NCBI RefSeq assembly: GCF_000284115.1
Contig: NC_017080.1
Coordinates: forward strand, 2,730,001-2,762,000
Direction of reading: 5' to 3'
DNA from: Phycisphaera mikurensis NBRC 102666
GTDB taxonomy: Bacteria; Planctomycetota; Phycisphaerae; Phycisphaerales; Phycisphaeraceae
Length of the DNA: 32,000 nucleotides
The position numbers were made by a program, and so were the translations under genes. Shown piece after piece: positions 8,957-17,940 of this stretch. Position 1 is the first letter of the stretch. Each line of letters starts with the position of its first letter. The notes beneath the pieces were generated by a model. It saw only the letters and a list, made by a program, of their open reading frames with translations, searched no databases and was not told the origin of the DNA.

Positions 8957-10390
8957 TCAGAGCACCGCCGCCGCGATCGCCAGCACCGCCAGGAACGCGG
9001 CCATGTCGATCGTCGTCTGGACCACCGGCCCGGACATCATCGCCGGGTCCAGGCCCACGCCGCGCAGGAGCAGCGGCACGCTGCCGCCGACCGCCGTCGC
9101 GAGCAGCATCACCGGCGGGGCGGCGAAGCCGAGGGTGAGGCCCATGCCCAGGTCCCCGCTCCAGGCCCAGCCGGTGAGGAACAGCGCGAGCCCGACGCCG
9201 GCGCCGATGAGCAGCGCGGCGGTGACTTCCTTGCGGATCACGCGGCCGACGTCGCGGGTCTTGATCAGGCCCAGCGAGATCTCCCGCATCGAAACGGCCA
9301 CCGCCTGCCCGCCGCTGCTGCCGCAGAGGCCGGCGACCACGGGGAGGAACTTCGCGAGGCCGGGGCTCTCCCGGATCGTCGGCTCGTAGAGGCCGATCAC
9401 CGAGGCGGAGACGAGCGTGAGCCCGAGGACCGGCAGCAGGAAGGCGAGCCTGCGGCCGGCCCGCGATCCGACCGGCATCGACCGCAGCTCCTCGCCGCCG
9501 ATGATGCCGCCGGTCTTCGCGAGGTCCTCCTCGGCGGCCTCGCCGCGGTGCTCCTGCACGGCGGCCCGCTGCACGACGCCCAGCAGCCGGCCGCGGGCGT
9601 CCTCCACCGGCACGGCGGAGTAGTCGACGCGGTCGAAGAGGTCTTCGAGCTCCTCGACCGGCGTGTCGGCCGCGGTCTTGACGAAGTCGCGGATGGCCAG
9701 CGTCGCGAGCTTGGCGGAGCGGGCGCCGAGCACGAGCCGGCGCATCGGGACGACGCCGGAGAGGCGGCCCGCGGCGTCGGTCGTGTAGAGGTAGCGGACC
9801 TCGTACGCCCGGTAGCCCTCGCCGTCGCGGGCCTCCTCCGCCGCCCCCTCCCGCAGCCTCCGCACGACGTCCTCCACCGCGTCGGCCTCGTCGAAGCGGA
9901 AGATCTCGGTGATCATCAATCCGCCGGCGGTGTCGTCGGGGTAGCCGAGCCGCTGCCGCAGGTCGGCCGCGGCGGTCCGGGGCAGCTGGCGGAGGATCTC
10001 GCCCGAGGCCGCTTCGCTCATCTCCGCGAGCACGTCGGCTTGCTCGTCGGAGTCCATCCGGATCACGACCAGCGCCGCCGCGGCCGGATCGACCTCGCGC
10101 AGGAGGGCCGCGGCCTGGCTGTCGTCGAAGTGTTCGAGCAGGTCGGCCGCGAGGCCGGGGTCGGCGCGGGCGAGCCGATCCAGAAGCGCCTGCTGGTCGT
10201 CGGGGCTCAGGTGGTCGACCGTCCAAGCCGTCTCCTCCGGAGGGAGGTCGCGGACGGCGAGCACCAGCTGCGCGTCGGTGGCCTCACGCACGTCGGCCGC
10301 GAGGCGGAGAGGCAGCTCGGCGGGGTGATCGGCCGCCGCCGCGGTCGCACCGTTGCCGTCGCCGTTGCCCTGCTCGTGCGGCTCAGCCAT
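8957..10390 (-). CDS. mgtE: Magnesium transporter MgtE
   Basis: MgtE N domain ('LPPEETAWTVDHLSPDDQQALLDRL...LLEHFDDSQAAALLREVDP'), CBS region, and five-TM C-terminal domain ('REISLGLIKTRDVGRVIRKEVTAALLIG...'). Confidence 0.9.
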   Translation of the reverse strand: MAEPHEQGNGDGNGATAAAADHPAELPLRLAADVREATDAQLVLAVRDLPPEETAWTVDHLSPDDQQALLDRLARADPGLAADLLEHFDDSQAAALLREVDPAAAALVVIRMDSDEQADVLAEMSEAASGEILRQLPRTAAADLRQRLGYPDDTAGGLMITEIFRFDEADAVEDVVRRLREGAAEEARDGEGYRAYEVRYLYTTDAAGRLSGVVPMRRLVLGARSAKLATLAIRDFVKTAADTPVEELEDLFDRVDYSAVPVEDARGRLLGVVQRAAVQEHRGEAAEEDLAKTGGIIGGEELRSMPVGSRAGRRLAFLLPVLGLTLVSASVIGLYEPTIRESPGLAKFLPVVAGLCGSSGGQAVAVSMREISLGLIKTRDVGRVIRKEVTAALLIGAGVGLALFLTGWAWSGDLGMGLTLGFAAPPVMLLATAVGGSVPLLLRGVGLDPAMMSGPVVQTTIDMAAFLAVLAIAAAVL

Positions 10391-11183
10391 CCGCGGCGGC
10401 CGCCCACCGCTCGTGCGAGGCTTCGCAGTTGAGGTCGAAGTGCAGCGGCGAGAGCGTCACGTAGCCGTCGAAGAGGGCTTCCGCGTCGCTGCCCTTCTGC
10501 GCCCGGCCGACGTTCATCGTGCCCAGCAGCGAGTAGGAGCCCACGCCCGCGGTGCCGGTGCCCGGCCGCGGGACCGTCTTGTTCGTCTTGTACTTCGCAC
10601 GCATCGGCTTCGTGGCCGTCGTCACCAGCTTCGTGCCCCTGGGCTCCTTGCCGCCCTCGAGGATCGGCAGGTTGATGTTCATGAGCGTGCCGGGCTCGAG
10701 CCCCACCGCCACCGTCCGCTCGATCGCCTCCCGGGCGTGCTCGGCCGCCCGATCCCAAAGGTCTCCGGGCTTCTTCTTCATCCCGTCGAGGTGCAGGCTG
10801 ACCGCGATCGCCGGCACGCCCTCGAACGCCGCCTCGCGGGCGGCGCCCACCGTGCCGGAATACAGCACGTTCTGCCCGATGTTCGCCCCGGCGTTGATCC
10901 CGCTGATCACGTAGTCGAAGGCCCCCGGGGCTCCGGGCAAAACGCCGGCGAGGCCGAGCTTGGTGCAGTCGGCCGGCCGCCCGTCGACCGCGTAGCCCTC
11001 ACCCCAAGGAAACTCCCGCGGCTCGACCTCCACCGGCCGGTGCAGCGTGATCGCGTGCGACGTCGCCGACTGCACGTCCCGCGGGGCCACCACGAAGACG
11101 GAGCCAAGGCCTTTGACGGCCCTCACCAACGCCGCGATCCCGGGGGCGTCGATGCCGTCGTCGTTGGTGATGAGCATTCGCAT
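10383..11183 (-). CDS. surE: 5'/3'-nucleotidase SurE
   Basis: 'MRMLITNDDGIDAPGIAALVRAV', 'VVAPRDVQSATSHAITL', 'DYVISGINAGANIGQNVLYSGTVGAAREAAFEGVPAIAVSL'. Stop overlaps mgtE start by 8 nt (operon). Confidence 0.95.
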   Translation of the reverse strand: MRMLITNDDGIDAPGIAALVRAVKGLGSVFVVAPRDVQSATSHAITLHRPVEVEPREFPWGEGYAVDGRPADCTKLGLAGVLPGAPGAFDYVISGINAGANIGQNVLYSGTVGAAREAAFEGVPAIAVSLHLDGMKKKPGDLWDRAAEHAREAIERTVAVGLEPGTLMNINLPILEGGKEPRGTKLVTTATKPMRAKYKTNKTVPRPGTGTAGVGSYSLLGTMNVGRAQKGSDAEALFDGYVTLSPLHFDLNCEASHERWAAAADG

Positions 11184-11191
11184 GAAACGGG

Positions 11192-11197
11192 ATCGTA
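11192..11197 (-). promoter_or_regulatory. Candidate -10 hexamer TACGAT, 8 nt before surE ATG
   Basis: Minus strand reads TACGAT cccgtttc ATGCG. Confidence 0.4.
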
Positions 11198-11370
11198 GGA
11201 AGGCGAGGAGGAGCCGCTACGCGGCTCGGCAAGCGGGCAGAAGCGAGGGGAGATACAGAACAAAGTCGGCGAGTGCCGCTCCAACAACCGCGGCGGCGTC
11301 GCTCTTGCTTGAGCCTCCCCTTCTCGCTCTGCCTCTGCCTTGTCTTCGCTTGGGCCACGCAGCGGCCGCT

Positions 11371-11376
11371 TACGCT
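11371..11376 (+). promoter_or_regulatory. Candidate -10 hexamer TACGCT, 6 nt before lysA ATG
   Basis: TACGCT cgcacc ATG. Confidence 0.5.
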
Positions 11377-11382
11377 CGCACC

Positions 11383-12672
11383 ATGCCCCCCGCCCTCGCT
11401 GAATCCTCCACCCTCCCCTACAGCCCCGTTGAGGTCGCTTCCCGCTTCGGCACCCCGACCTACGTGTACGACGCCGCGACGCTGCGGGCCCGGGCGCGTT
11501 CGCTCACCGGCCGGGGGGCGACGATCCGCTACGCGCAGAAGGCGAACAACAACACCGCCGTGCTGGCGTTGCTGCGGGCGGAGGGCGTGGTGGTGGACGC
11601 GGTGACGGCGGGCGAGATCCACCGGGCGCTGGCGGCGGGCCACGAGCCCGCCGACGTCGTCTACACCGCCGACGTCTTCGATCGCGACGCGGTGGAGGCT
11701 CTGCACCGGCACGGCTGCCCGGTGAACGCCGGCAGCCCGAACATGCTCGCGCAGCTCGCCGACGCCGGCCTGGAGCACCTCCCGGTGACGCTGCGCCTCA
11801 ACCCCGGCTTCGGCCACGGCCACAGCCGCAAGGTCAACACCGGCGGGACGTCCAGCAAGCACGGCATCTGGCACGAGCAGCTCGAAGCGGTGCTGACGCA
11901 GGCAACGTCTCTGGGCCTGTCGCGGGTCCGGGGCCTGCACATGCACATCGGCTCGGGGTCGGACTTTGCGCACCTCCACCACGTGTGCGACGCGATGGTC
12001 GCCGCGGCCGAGGCGTGGAAGGCGGCGGGCGGCCACGAGCTGGAGGTGATCTCCGCCGGCGGCGGCCTGCCGATCCCGTACCGCAAAGGCGAGGACGAGC
12101 CGCTGGATCTCGACCGCTTCTTCGAGGCCTGGACGGAGGCTCGCGACCGGGTTTGCGCCATCGTCGGCCGCGAGGTGGAGCTGGAGGTCGAACCGGGCCG
12201 CTACCTCGCCGCCGAGGCGGGGAGCCTCGTCGCGGAGGTCCGCGGCACCAAGACGCAGGGCGAGGGAGACGACGCGGTCGATTACCTGCTCATCGACGCC
12301 GGCTTCAACGACCTGCTCCGGCCCGCGATGTACGGGGCGTACCACCATCTGGAGGTCTTCGCCGCGGACGGCCGGGAGCTGACGCGAGAGCGGGACTACG
12401 TCGTCGCCGGCCCGCTGTGCGAGAGCTGCGACGTCTTCACCCAGGGCGACGAGGGCGTCGTCCAGAGCCGCCGGCTGCCCGTCCCCGAGCCCGGCGACCT
12501 GCTCGTGATCCACGACGCCGGGGCCTACGGCGCCGCGATGGCGAGCCGGTACAACGGACGCCGCCTCACCGCCGAGGCGATGGTGATCGACGGCGAGCTT
12601 CACGAGATCCGCGCCCGCGAGCCCATCGACGAGCAGCTGCGCTACGAGCACATCCCCGATCAGCTCCAATGA
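11383..12672 (+). CDS. lysA: Diaminopimelate decarboxylase
   Basis: 'FGTPTYVYDAATLRARARSL', 'IRYAQKANNNTAVLALLRAEG', 'HMHIGSGSDF', 'ISAGGGLPIPY', 'VVAGPLCESCDVF', 'LLVIHDAGAYGAAMASRYNGR' fit fold-III PLP DAP decarboxylase. Confidence 0.93.
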   Translation: MPPALAESSTLPYSPVEVASRFGTPTYVYDAATLRARARSLTGRGATIRYAQKANNNTAVLALLRAEGVVVDAVTAGEIHRALAAGHEPADVVYTADVFDRDAVEALHRHGCPVNAGSPNMLAQLADAGLEHLPVTLRLNPGFGHGHSRKVNTGGTSSKHGIWHEQLEAVLTQATSLGLSRVRGLHMHIGSGSDFAHLHHVCDAMVAAAEAWKAAGGHELEVISAGGGLPIPYRKGEDEPLDLDRFFEAWTEARDRVCAIVGREVELEVEPGRYLAAEAGSLVAEVRGTKTQGEGDDAVDYLLIDAGFNDLLRPAMYGAYHHLEVFAADGRELTRERDYVVAGPLCESCDVFTQGDEGVVQSRRLPVPEPGDLLVIHDAGAYGAAMASRYNGRRLTAEAMVIDGELHEIRAREPIDEQLRYEHIPDQLQ

Positions 12673-12726
12673 GCGAAGGTGTCAGGTACATTCAGCGCGG
12701 CGCTGAATGTACCTGACACCTTCGCT
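12672..12726. repeat. Perfect palindrome, 27-bp arms with 1-nt centre (REP-like)
   Basis: agcgaaggtgtcaggtacattcagcgc g gcgctgaatgtacctgacaccttcgct; begins at the last base of the lysA stop codon; no T-tract follows. Confidence 0.9.
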
Positions 12727-12738
12727 TCGCCGCGGACC

Positions 12739-13359
12739 ATGAGCGAAAACGGCCCGAATCCGCCGCGGTCCGCGGATACAGCCGACTTCACCTACGAAGA
12801 CGTGCTGGGCTGGTGCGAAGACTGCCGGCGTCCGCTCACCGCCAGCGACCCGGAGAGCGGGCCCGGCGAGGCGATGCCCCGCGCCTGCCCGCACTGCCTG
12901 CGGGCCTACGACCCGGCGAAGCCGGACTCCTTCCGCCACGCCGCCCCGCCGCCGCCGGCCCCGTGGTGGCGGACGCCCGAGGCCTTCTGGGGCTACGCCG
13001 CGCTGCTGAGCATCCTCGTGGGCCGGATCGTGCTCAACGCGCTCGGCGATCCCTTCTTCACCGCGGCCACCCGGCCCGGCTCCGGCGCTTACGACAGCTC
13101 GATGATCGTGCAGGGCGCGGGCGCCGTCCTCGCGGTGGTGCTCGGGGTCGGCCTGGTGCTGCCGTGGGTCTTCCTCACCGTCTACTTGGTGCTCATCGCC
13201 ACCGAGCACCTCGGCGAGGGCCTCCCGCTGGCCTTCGGCCTGGGCGTGTTCACCGGCGTTGTGCTCTTCCTGGGGTTCCCCGGCGGCTGGCTGCTCGCGG
13301 GGGGGATGCTCGGTGGCTTCGCGGGGGTGGTGAAGAGGTGGCGGGAGCTGCGGGATTGA
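12739..13359 (+). CDS. Hypothetical zinc-ribbon-like membrane protein
   Basis: N-terminal C-x2-C ... C-x2-C (CEDC...CPHC) followed by about four hydrophobic segments; ATG at 12739. Confidence 0.6.
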   Translation: MSENGPNPPRSADTADFTYEDVLGWCEDCRRPLTASDPESGPGEAMPRACPHCLRAYDPAKPDSFRHAAPPPPAPWWRTPEAFWGYAALLSILVGRIVLNALGDPFFTAATRPGSGAYDSSMIVQGAGAVLAVVLGVGLVLPWVFLTVYLVLIATEHLGEGLPLAFGLGVFTGVVLFLGFPGGWLLAGGMLGGFAGVVKRWRELRD

Positions 13360-13519
13360 GCGCGCGGGCGGGCGGGGGAGCGAAGGCGTCCGCATCGCGG
13401 TCTCCGCCGGCGGTGGCGGGGTCGCTCTTGCTGCCGGTCCGAGTCCGCCGCGCTCGGTCTTCTCCTCTCCCTGCGTCTGTGCCGCATCGCGGCACGAGCG
13501 GCTCCTCCGCTGCGCCGCT

Positions 13520-14530
13520 TCAGGCCTCCCGCTCGACCGTGTTCGGCCCGCGCTTGCCCTTCCGCCCGTAGGTCACCTCCCGCACGTCGCCCTGGTTTCT
13601 GCGGAAGAAGTCGATCGTTCGCTCGAGCCCGTCCTCGAGTCTCACGCCCGCCTTCCAGTTCATCATGCTTTCCGCCTTGCTCGTGTCCAGGCAGCGGCGC
13701 GGCTGGCCGTCGGGCTTGCTCGCGTCCCAGGCGATCTCGCCCTCGAAGCCGGTGAGCTCGACGATCATCCCGACGAGGTCGCGGATCTTCACCTCCCGGC
13801 CGGTGCCCAGGTTGATCGGCGTCGGTTCGCTCACCCGCTCGGCCGCGGCGACGATGCCCTCGGCGGCGTCCTCCACGTAGAGGAACTCGCGCGTGGCGGT
13901 GCCCGTGCCCCAGACCGCCAGCTCGGCGTCGTGCCGGTCCGCGGCCTCGCAGCACTTGCGGATGAGGCCGGGGATCACGTGGCTGGTTTCAAGATCGAAG
14001 TTGTCGTGCGGCCCGTACAGGTTCACCGGGACGACCACCGCCGAGGCCATGCCGTACTCGGCCCGGTAGGCCTCGAGCATCGTGAACAACGCCTTCTTCG
14101 CCACCCCGTAGGGCGCGTTGGTCTCCTCGGGGAAGCCGTTCCAGAGGTCCTCCTCCTTGAAGGGGATCGGCGCGTGCTTGGGGTAGGCGCACACGGTGCC
14201 GGTCTGCACGAACTTCTTCATCCCGCGTTTGCGGCCCTGGTCGATGAGGTGCAGCCCCATCGCGGCGTTGGCGTAGAAGAAGCGGCCGGGGTGGTCGCGG
14301 TTGGCGCCGATGCCGCCGACCTCCGCGGCGAGGTGGATGACCACGGTGGCGTCGGCGTCGTCGTACATCCGCGTCACCGCGTCAAGCTGGGTGAGGTCGT
14401 AATCCGCCCGCCGCGGGATGAAGATCGCGTCCTCGGGCACGCCGCGGGCGAGCAGCCGCTCCCGTACGAAGCGCCCGAGGAAGCCGGCTCCGCCGGTGAC
14501 GATGATCCGCTCGTTCGTGAGGTCCAACAA
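13520..14530 (-). CDS. fcl: GDP-L-fucose synthase
   Basis: 'RIIVTGGAGFLGRFVRERL', 'VVIHLAAEVGGIGANRDHPGRFFYANAAMGLHLID', 'SAVVVPVNLYGPHDNFDLETSHVIPGLIRK' typical of Fcl/WcaG. Confidence 0.92.
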   Translation of the reverse strand: MLDLTNERIIVTGGAGFLGRFVRERLLARGVPEDAIFIPRRADYDLTQLDAVTRMYDDADATVVIHLAAEVGGIGANRDHPGRFFYANAAMGLHLIDQGRKRGMKKFVQTGTVCAYPKHAPIPFKEEDLWNGFPEETNAPYGVAKKALFTMLEAYRAEYGMASAVVVPVNLYGPHDNFDLETSHVIPGLIRKCCEAADRHDAELAVWGTGTATREFLYVEDAAEGIVAAAERVSEPTPINLGTGREVKIRDLVGMIVELTGFEGEIAWDASKPDGQPRRCLDTSKAESMMNWKAGVRLEDGLERTIDFFRRNQGDVREVTYGRKGKRGPNTVEREA

Positions 14531-14612
14531 GAGCTCCGGCCCGGAAGTGGCTTCGGGTGGGCCCGCCTGGCGGCGGGATGAAGGCGGGCTCCCCCGAGCC
14601 CGCCGGTGAGGT

Positions 14613-15767
<1,155 letters not shown>

Positions 15768-15934
15768 TTACCGGCAACGTGCCTCACCGGGCACGGAGGG
15801 GCCACCCGGATCCGGCCCGCCGCGGACCGCGTGCCTCCGGAGCTCCCGAAGCCCGCGGTCCGCGGATCCTCTCACCCGGCGGCGCGGCCCGGTGCCCCGG
15901 GGGGCCGTGACGCGTCCGGCGCGGCGGGCCGCGG

Positions 15935-15940
15935 TAGCTT
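15935..15940 (+). promoter_or_regulatory. Candidate -10 hexamer TAGCTT, 6 nt before peroxiredoxin ATG
   Basis: TAGCTT ccatcg ATG. Confidence 0.45.
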
Positions 15941-15946
15941 CCATCG

Positions 15947-16447
15947 ATGGCTTCACCTTCACCTCCGATGGCCGCGACCGGCGGCGACCCAATCGAGCCC
16001 GGTGCCGGCGCCCCCGCCTTTGAGCTCGAGGACCAGAACGGCACGGCGCGCCGGCTGGCCGACGCCGGGGGCGCGCCGCTGGTCCTCTTCTTCTACCCCA
16101 AGGACGACACGCCGGGCTGCACGAAGCAGGCCTGCGGCTTCCAGGCCGCGGAGGCGATGCTGGCGGAAGCCGGCGCCACGGTCTGGGGCGTGAGCCCGCA
16201 GGGCGTCAAGAGCAAGCGGAGATTCGCCGACAAGCACGGGCTCGCGTTCCCGCTGCTGGCCGACGACGACGCGGCGGTGTGCGCGGCCTACGGCGTGTGG
16301 CAGGAGAAGTCGATGTACGGGAAGAAGTACGCCGGCGTGGTGCGGACGACGTACCTGATCGATGCCACCGGGAAGGTCGCCCGCCGCTGGGACAAGGTGA
16401 AGGTCGGCGGGCACGTGGACGAGGTGCTCGCGGCGCTGCGGGGTTAG
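15947..16447 (+). CDS. bcp: Thioredoxin-dependent thiol peroxidase / Bcp-type peroxiredoxin
   Basis: 'APAFELEDQNGTARRLAD', 'LVLFFYPKDDTPGCTKQACGF', 'GVSPQGVKSKRRFADKHGLAFPLLADDD', 'RTTYLIDATGKV'. Confidence 0.93.
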   Translation: MASPSPPMAATGGDPIEPGAGAPAFELEDQNGTARRLADAGGAPLVLFFYPKDDTPGCTKQACGFQAAEAMLAEAGATVWGVSPQGVKSKRRFADKHGLAFPLLADDDAAVCAAYGVWQEKSMYGKKYAGVVRTTYLIDATGKVARRWDKVKVGGHVDEVLAALRG

Positions 16448-16531
16448 CGGTTCGGGGCTCTCGCGCAACGCGCGCAACCTCCCGATCGCCTCCGCGGGCG
16501 GGTCGATCGGAGAAGGGCGCGCGATGCTCTA

Positions 16532-16560
16532 GTGCCGCGTCACGCCGCGATCCGCGGGTA
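16532..16560 (+). repeat. IS630 left terminal inverted repeat
   Basis: gtgccgcgtcacgccgcgatccgcgggta; about 21/29 identity to the reverse complement of 17749..17777. Confidence 0.8.
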
Positions 16561-17253
16561 GAGGCTCAGCAGCTTGATCCGGGCGTCATCGGCGGTGAAC
16601 TGCCAGTGCACGCCTCGCTGGCTCTGGTTGCGAGCGGCCGCCCAGGCTCGGGCCTCGCGATCGATCTCCTGGATGGTGTCGATCCGTCGGCCGAGGCATT
16701 GCCTTGAGAGCACACTCAGTTCGCACTCGGCGATGTTCAGCCACGAACCGTGGGCCGGCGTGTGCACCAGCTCGATCCGCTCAGCGATCCGCCGCGCCTC
16801 TGCTGCCTCAAATGCTTCGTACAACGACGCGATCCTGTGGGTGTTCAGGTTGTCGCACACCAGGCGGATCCGCGTCGCTGACTCATAACGCGGGGCGTCC
16901 ACCAACGCCTGGATCTGGTGGGCCCAGTCCGCCGCGGTGCGTCGCCGACTGGTCCGAACGTCCCGCCACCCAGCCAACGGCTCGGTGAACATCCACAGGT
17001 TGCAGGTGCCGTGCCGCACGTACTCGTGGTCCTCGATCCGACGGCCGGTGGAGTCGGTGAAGCGGCGGCGGGTCTCGCCGATGAGCTGCTTGGGCTGCTC
17101 GTCCATGCACACCACCGGCAACGCCGGGTCGTAGGCGAGCGCGTACAGGCACAGCACCGCCTCCATGGCCGCCACGAACGCCGCGGACTGCTCCGGCGGG
17201 ATGCACCACATCTTCTTCCTCCACGGCTTCAGACCGTTTTTTGAAGAGCGCAC
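16540..17253 (-). CDS. IS630-family transposase, DDE domain (orfB)
   Basis: 'VVCMDEQPKQLIG', 'IRLVCDNLNTHRIASLYEAF', 'IELVHTPAHGSWLNIAECELSVLSRQCLGRRI' are hallmark IS630/DDE_3 catalytic motifs. Confidence 0.92.
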   Translation of the reverse strand: MRSSKNGLKPWRKKMWCIPPEQSAAFVAAMEAVLCLYALAYDPALPVVCMDEQPKQLIGETRRRFTDSTGRRIEDHEYVRHGTCNLWMFTEPLAGWRDVRTSRRRTAADWAHQIQALVDAPRYESATRIRLVCDNLNTHRIASLYEAFEAAEARRIAERIELVHTPAHGSWLNIAECELSVLSRQCLGRRIDTIQEIDREARAWAAARNQSQRGVHWQFTADDARIKLLSLYPRIAA

Positions 17254-17711
17254 CGCACCGCTTCGCGGCTGATCGAGTCCACCACCTTCAGCTCCACCAG
17301 CCGGCCGGCCAGGAGGCGGAGGCTCCAGCGATCATGGCCCTCGGGCGGGTCCGAGCAGGCGATCGTCACCAGCTGAGCTTCGCCTACGCCGTCGAGCTTG
17401 CGTTGCATCGCGCGGTCTTGAGGCTTGCGTTCGAGCAACGAGAGCGGACCTTCCTCGACAGCCTTCTTCCGCCAGCCCTCCACAGTGCGGACACCCGCGT
17501 CGAAAGCCTCGGCGATCTGCTCGTCGGTCCAGGCCGGAGCGCCGGGCGATTCGTCGCACTTGAGCAGGGCTTGCGCCCGCTGGATCTTCCAGCCGGCGAC
17601 GCGGCCGCTGCGGACCAGCGTGGTCAGCTGCTCCCGCTCGTCGTCGGTGAGGTGGACGTGGTAGAGCTTCCGATTCTTGAGCTTCGCAGCCATCCTTGGC
17701 CTCCGTTGCAT
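17229..17711 (-). CDS. IS630-family transposase, helix-turn-helix part (orfA)
   Basis: 'AWTDEQIAEAFDAGVRTVEGWRKKAVEEGPLSLLERK' HTH region; overlaps orfB in the -1 frame. Confidence 0.88.
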   Translation of the reverse strand: MQRRPRMAAKLKNRKLYHVHLTDDEREQLTTLVRSGRVAGWKIQRAQALLKCDESPGAPAWTDEQIAEAFDAGVRTVEGWRKKAVEEGPLSLLERKPQDRAMQRKLDGVGEAQLVTIACSDPPEGHDRWSLRLLAGRLVELKVVDSISREAVRCALQKTV

Positions 17712-17748
17712 TTGGTGGTGAACACGTGCACGGTGACGCTACACGCCT

Positions 17749-17777
17749 CACCCGCAGATCGGCGGCAGCCGCGGCAC
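17749..17777 (-). repeat. IS630 right terminal inverted repeat
   Basis: cacccgcagatcggcggcagccgcggcac. Confidence 0.8.
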
Positions 17778-17779
17778 TA

Positions 17780-17940
17780 GCAGGCCGCTGCAGAACCCCA
17801 TCGGGGCTGCGAGCGGGCAGAATCGCGTCTCGCTTCGTCGAGCGTAACCCACGTAGTAGACGGCTACGCGGGTCCCGCTCTCCTCGCGAGACACGATTCT
17901 GCCGCGCTCTCGCCTGACGCGAGGTTCTGCAGCGGCCTGC
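17780..17940. mobile_element. MITE-like hairpin element, about 161 bp between TA dinucleotides
   Basis: Perfect 21-bp outer inverted repeat CTAGCAGGCCGCTGCAGAACC (17777-17797) / GGTTCTGCAGCGGCCTGCTAG (17923-17943), plus nested imperfect arms 17809-17833/17886-17913 and 17841-17856/17864-17879. No ORF of note. Confidence 0.65.

Larger units (their letters stand above)
16532..17777 (-). mobile_element. IS630-type insertion sequence, about 1246 bp, flanked by TA
   Basis: Two-ORF IS630-like transposase between imperfect about 29-bp inverted repeats (GTGCCGCGTCACGCCGCGATCCGCGGGT / GTGCCGCGGCTGCCGCCGATCTGCGGGT), each end adjoining a TA (16530-16531, 17778-17779). Confidence 0.88.

Noticed and set aside
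12672-12726. Palindrome as a Rho-independent terminator for lysA
   Set aside because: No T-tract after the stem and arms much longer and more perfect than typical; kept as a REP-like repeat, though a termination role is not excluded.
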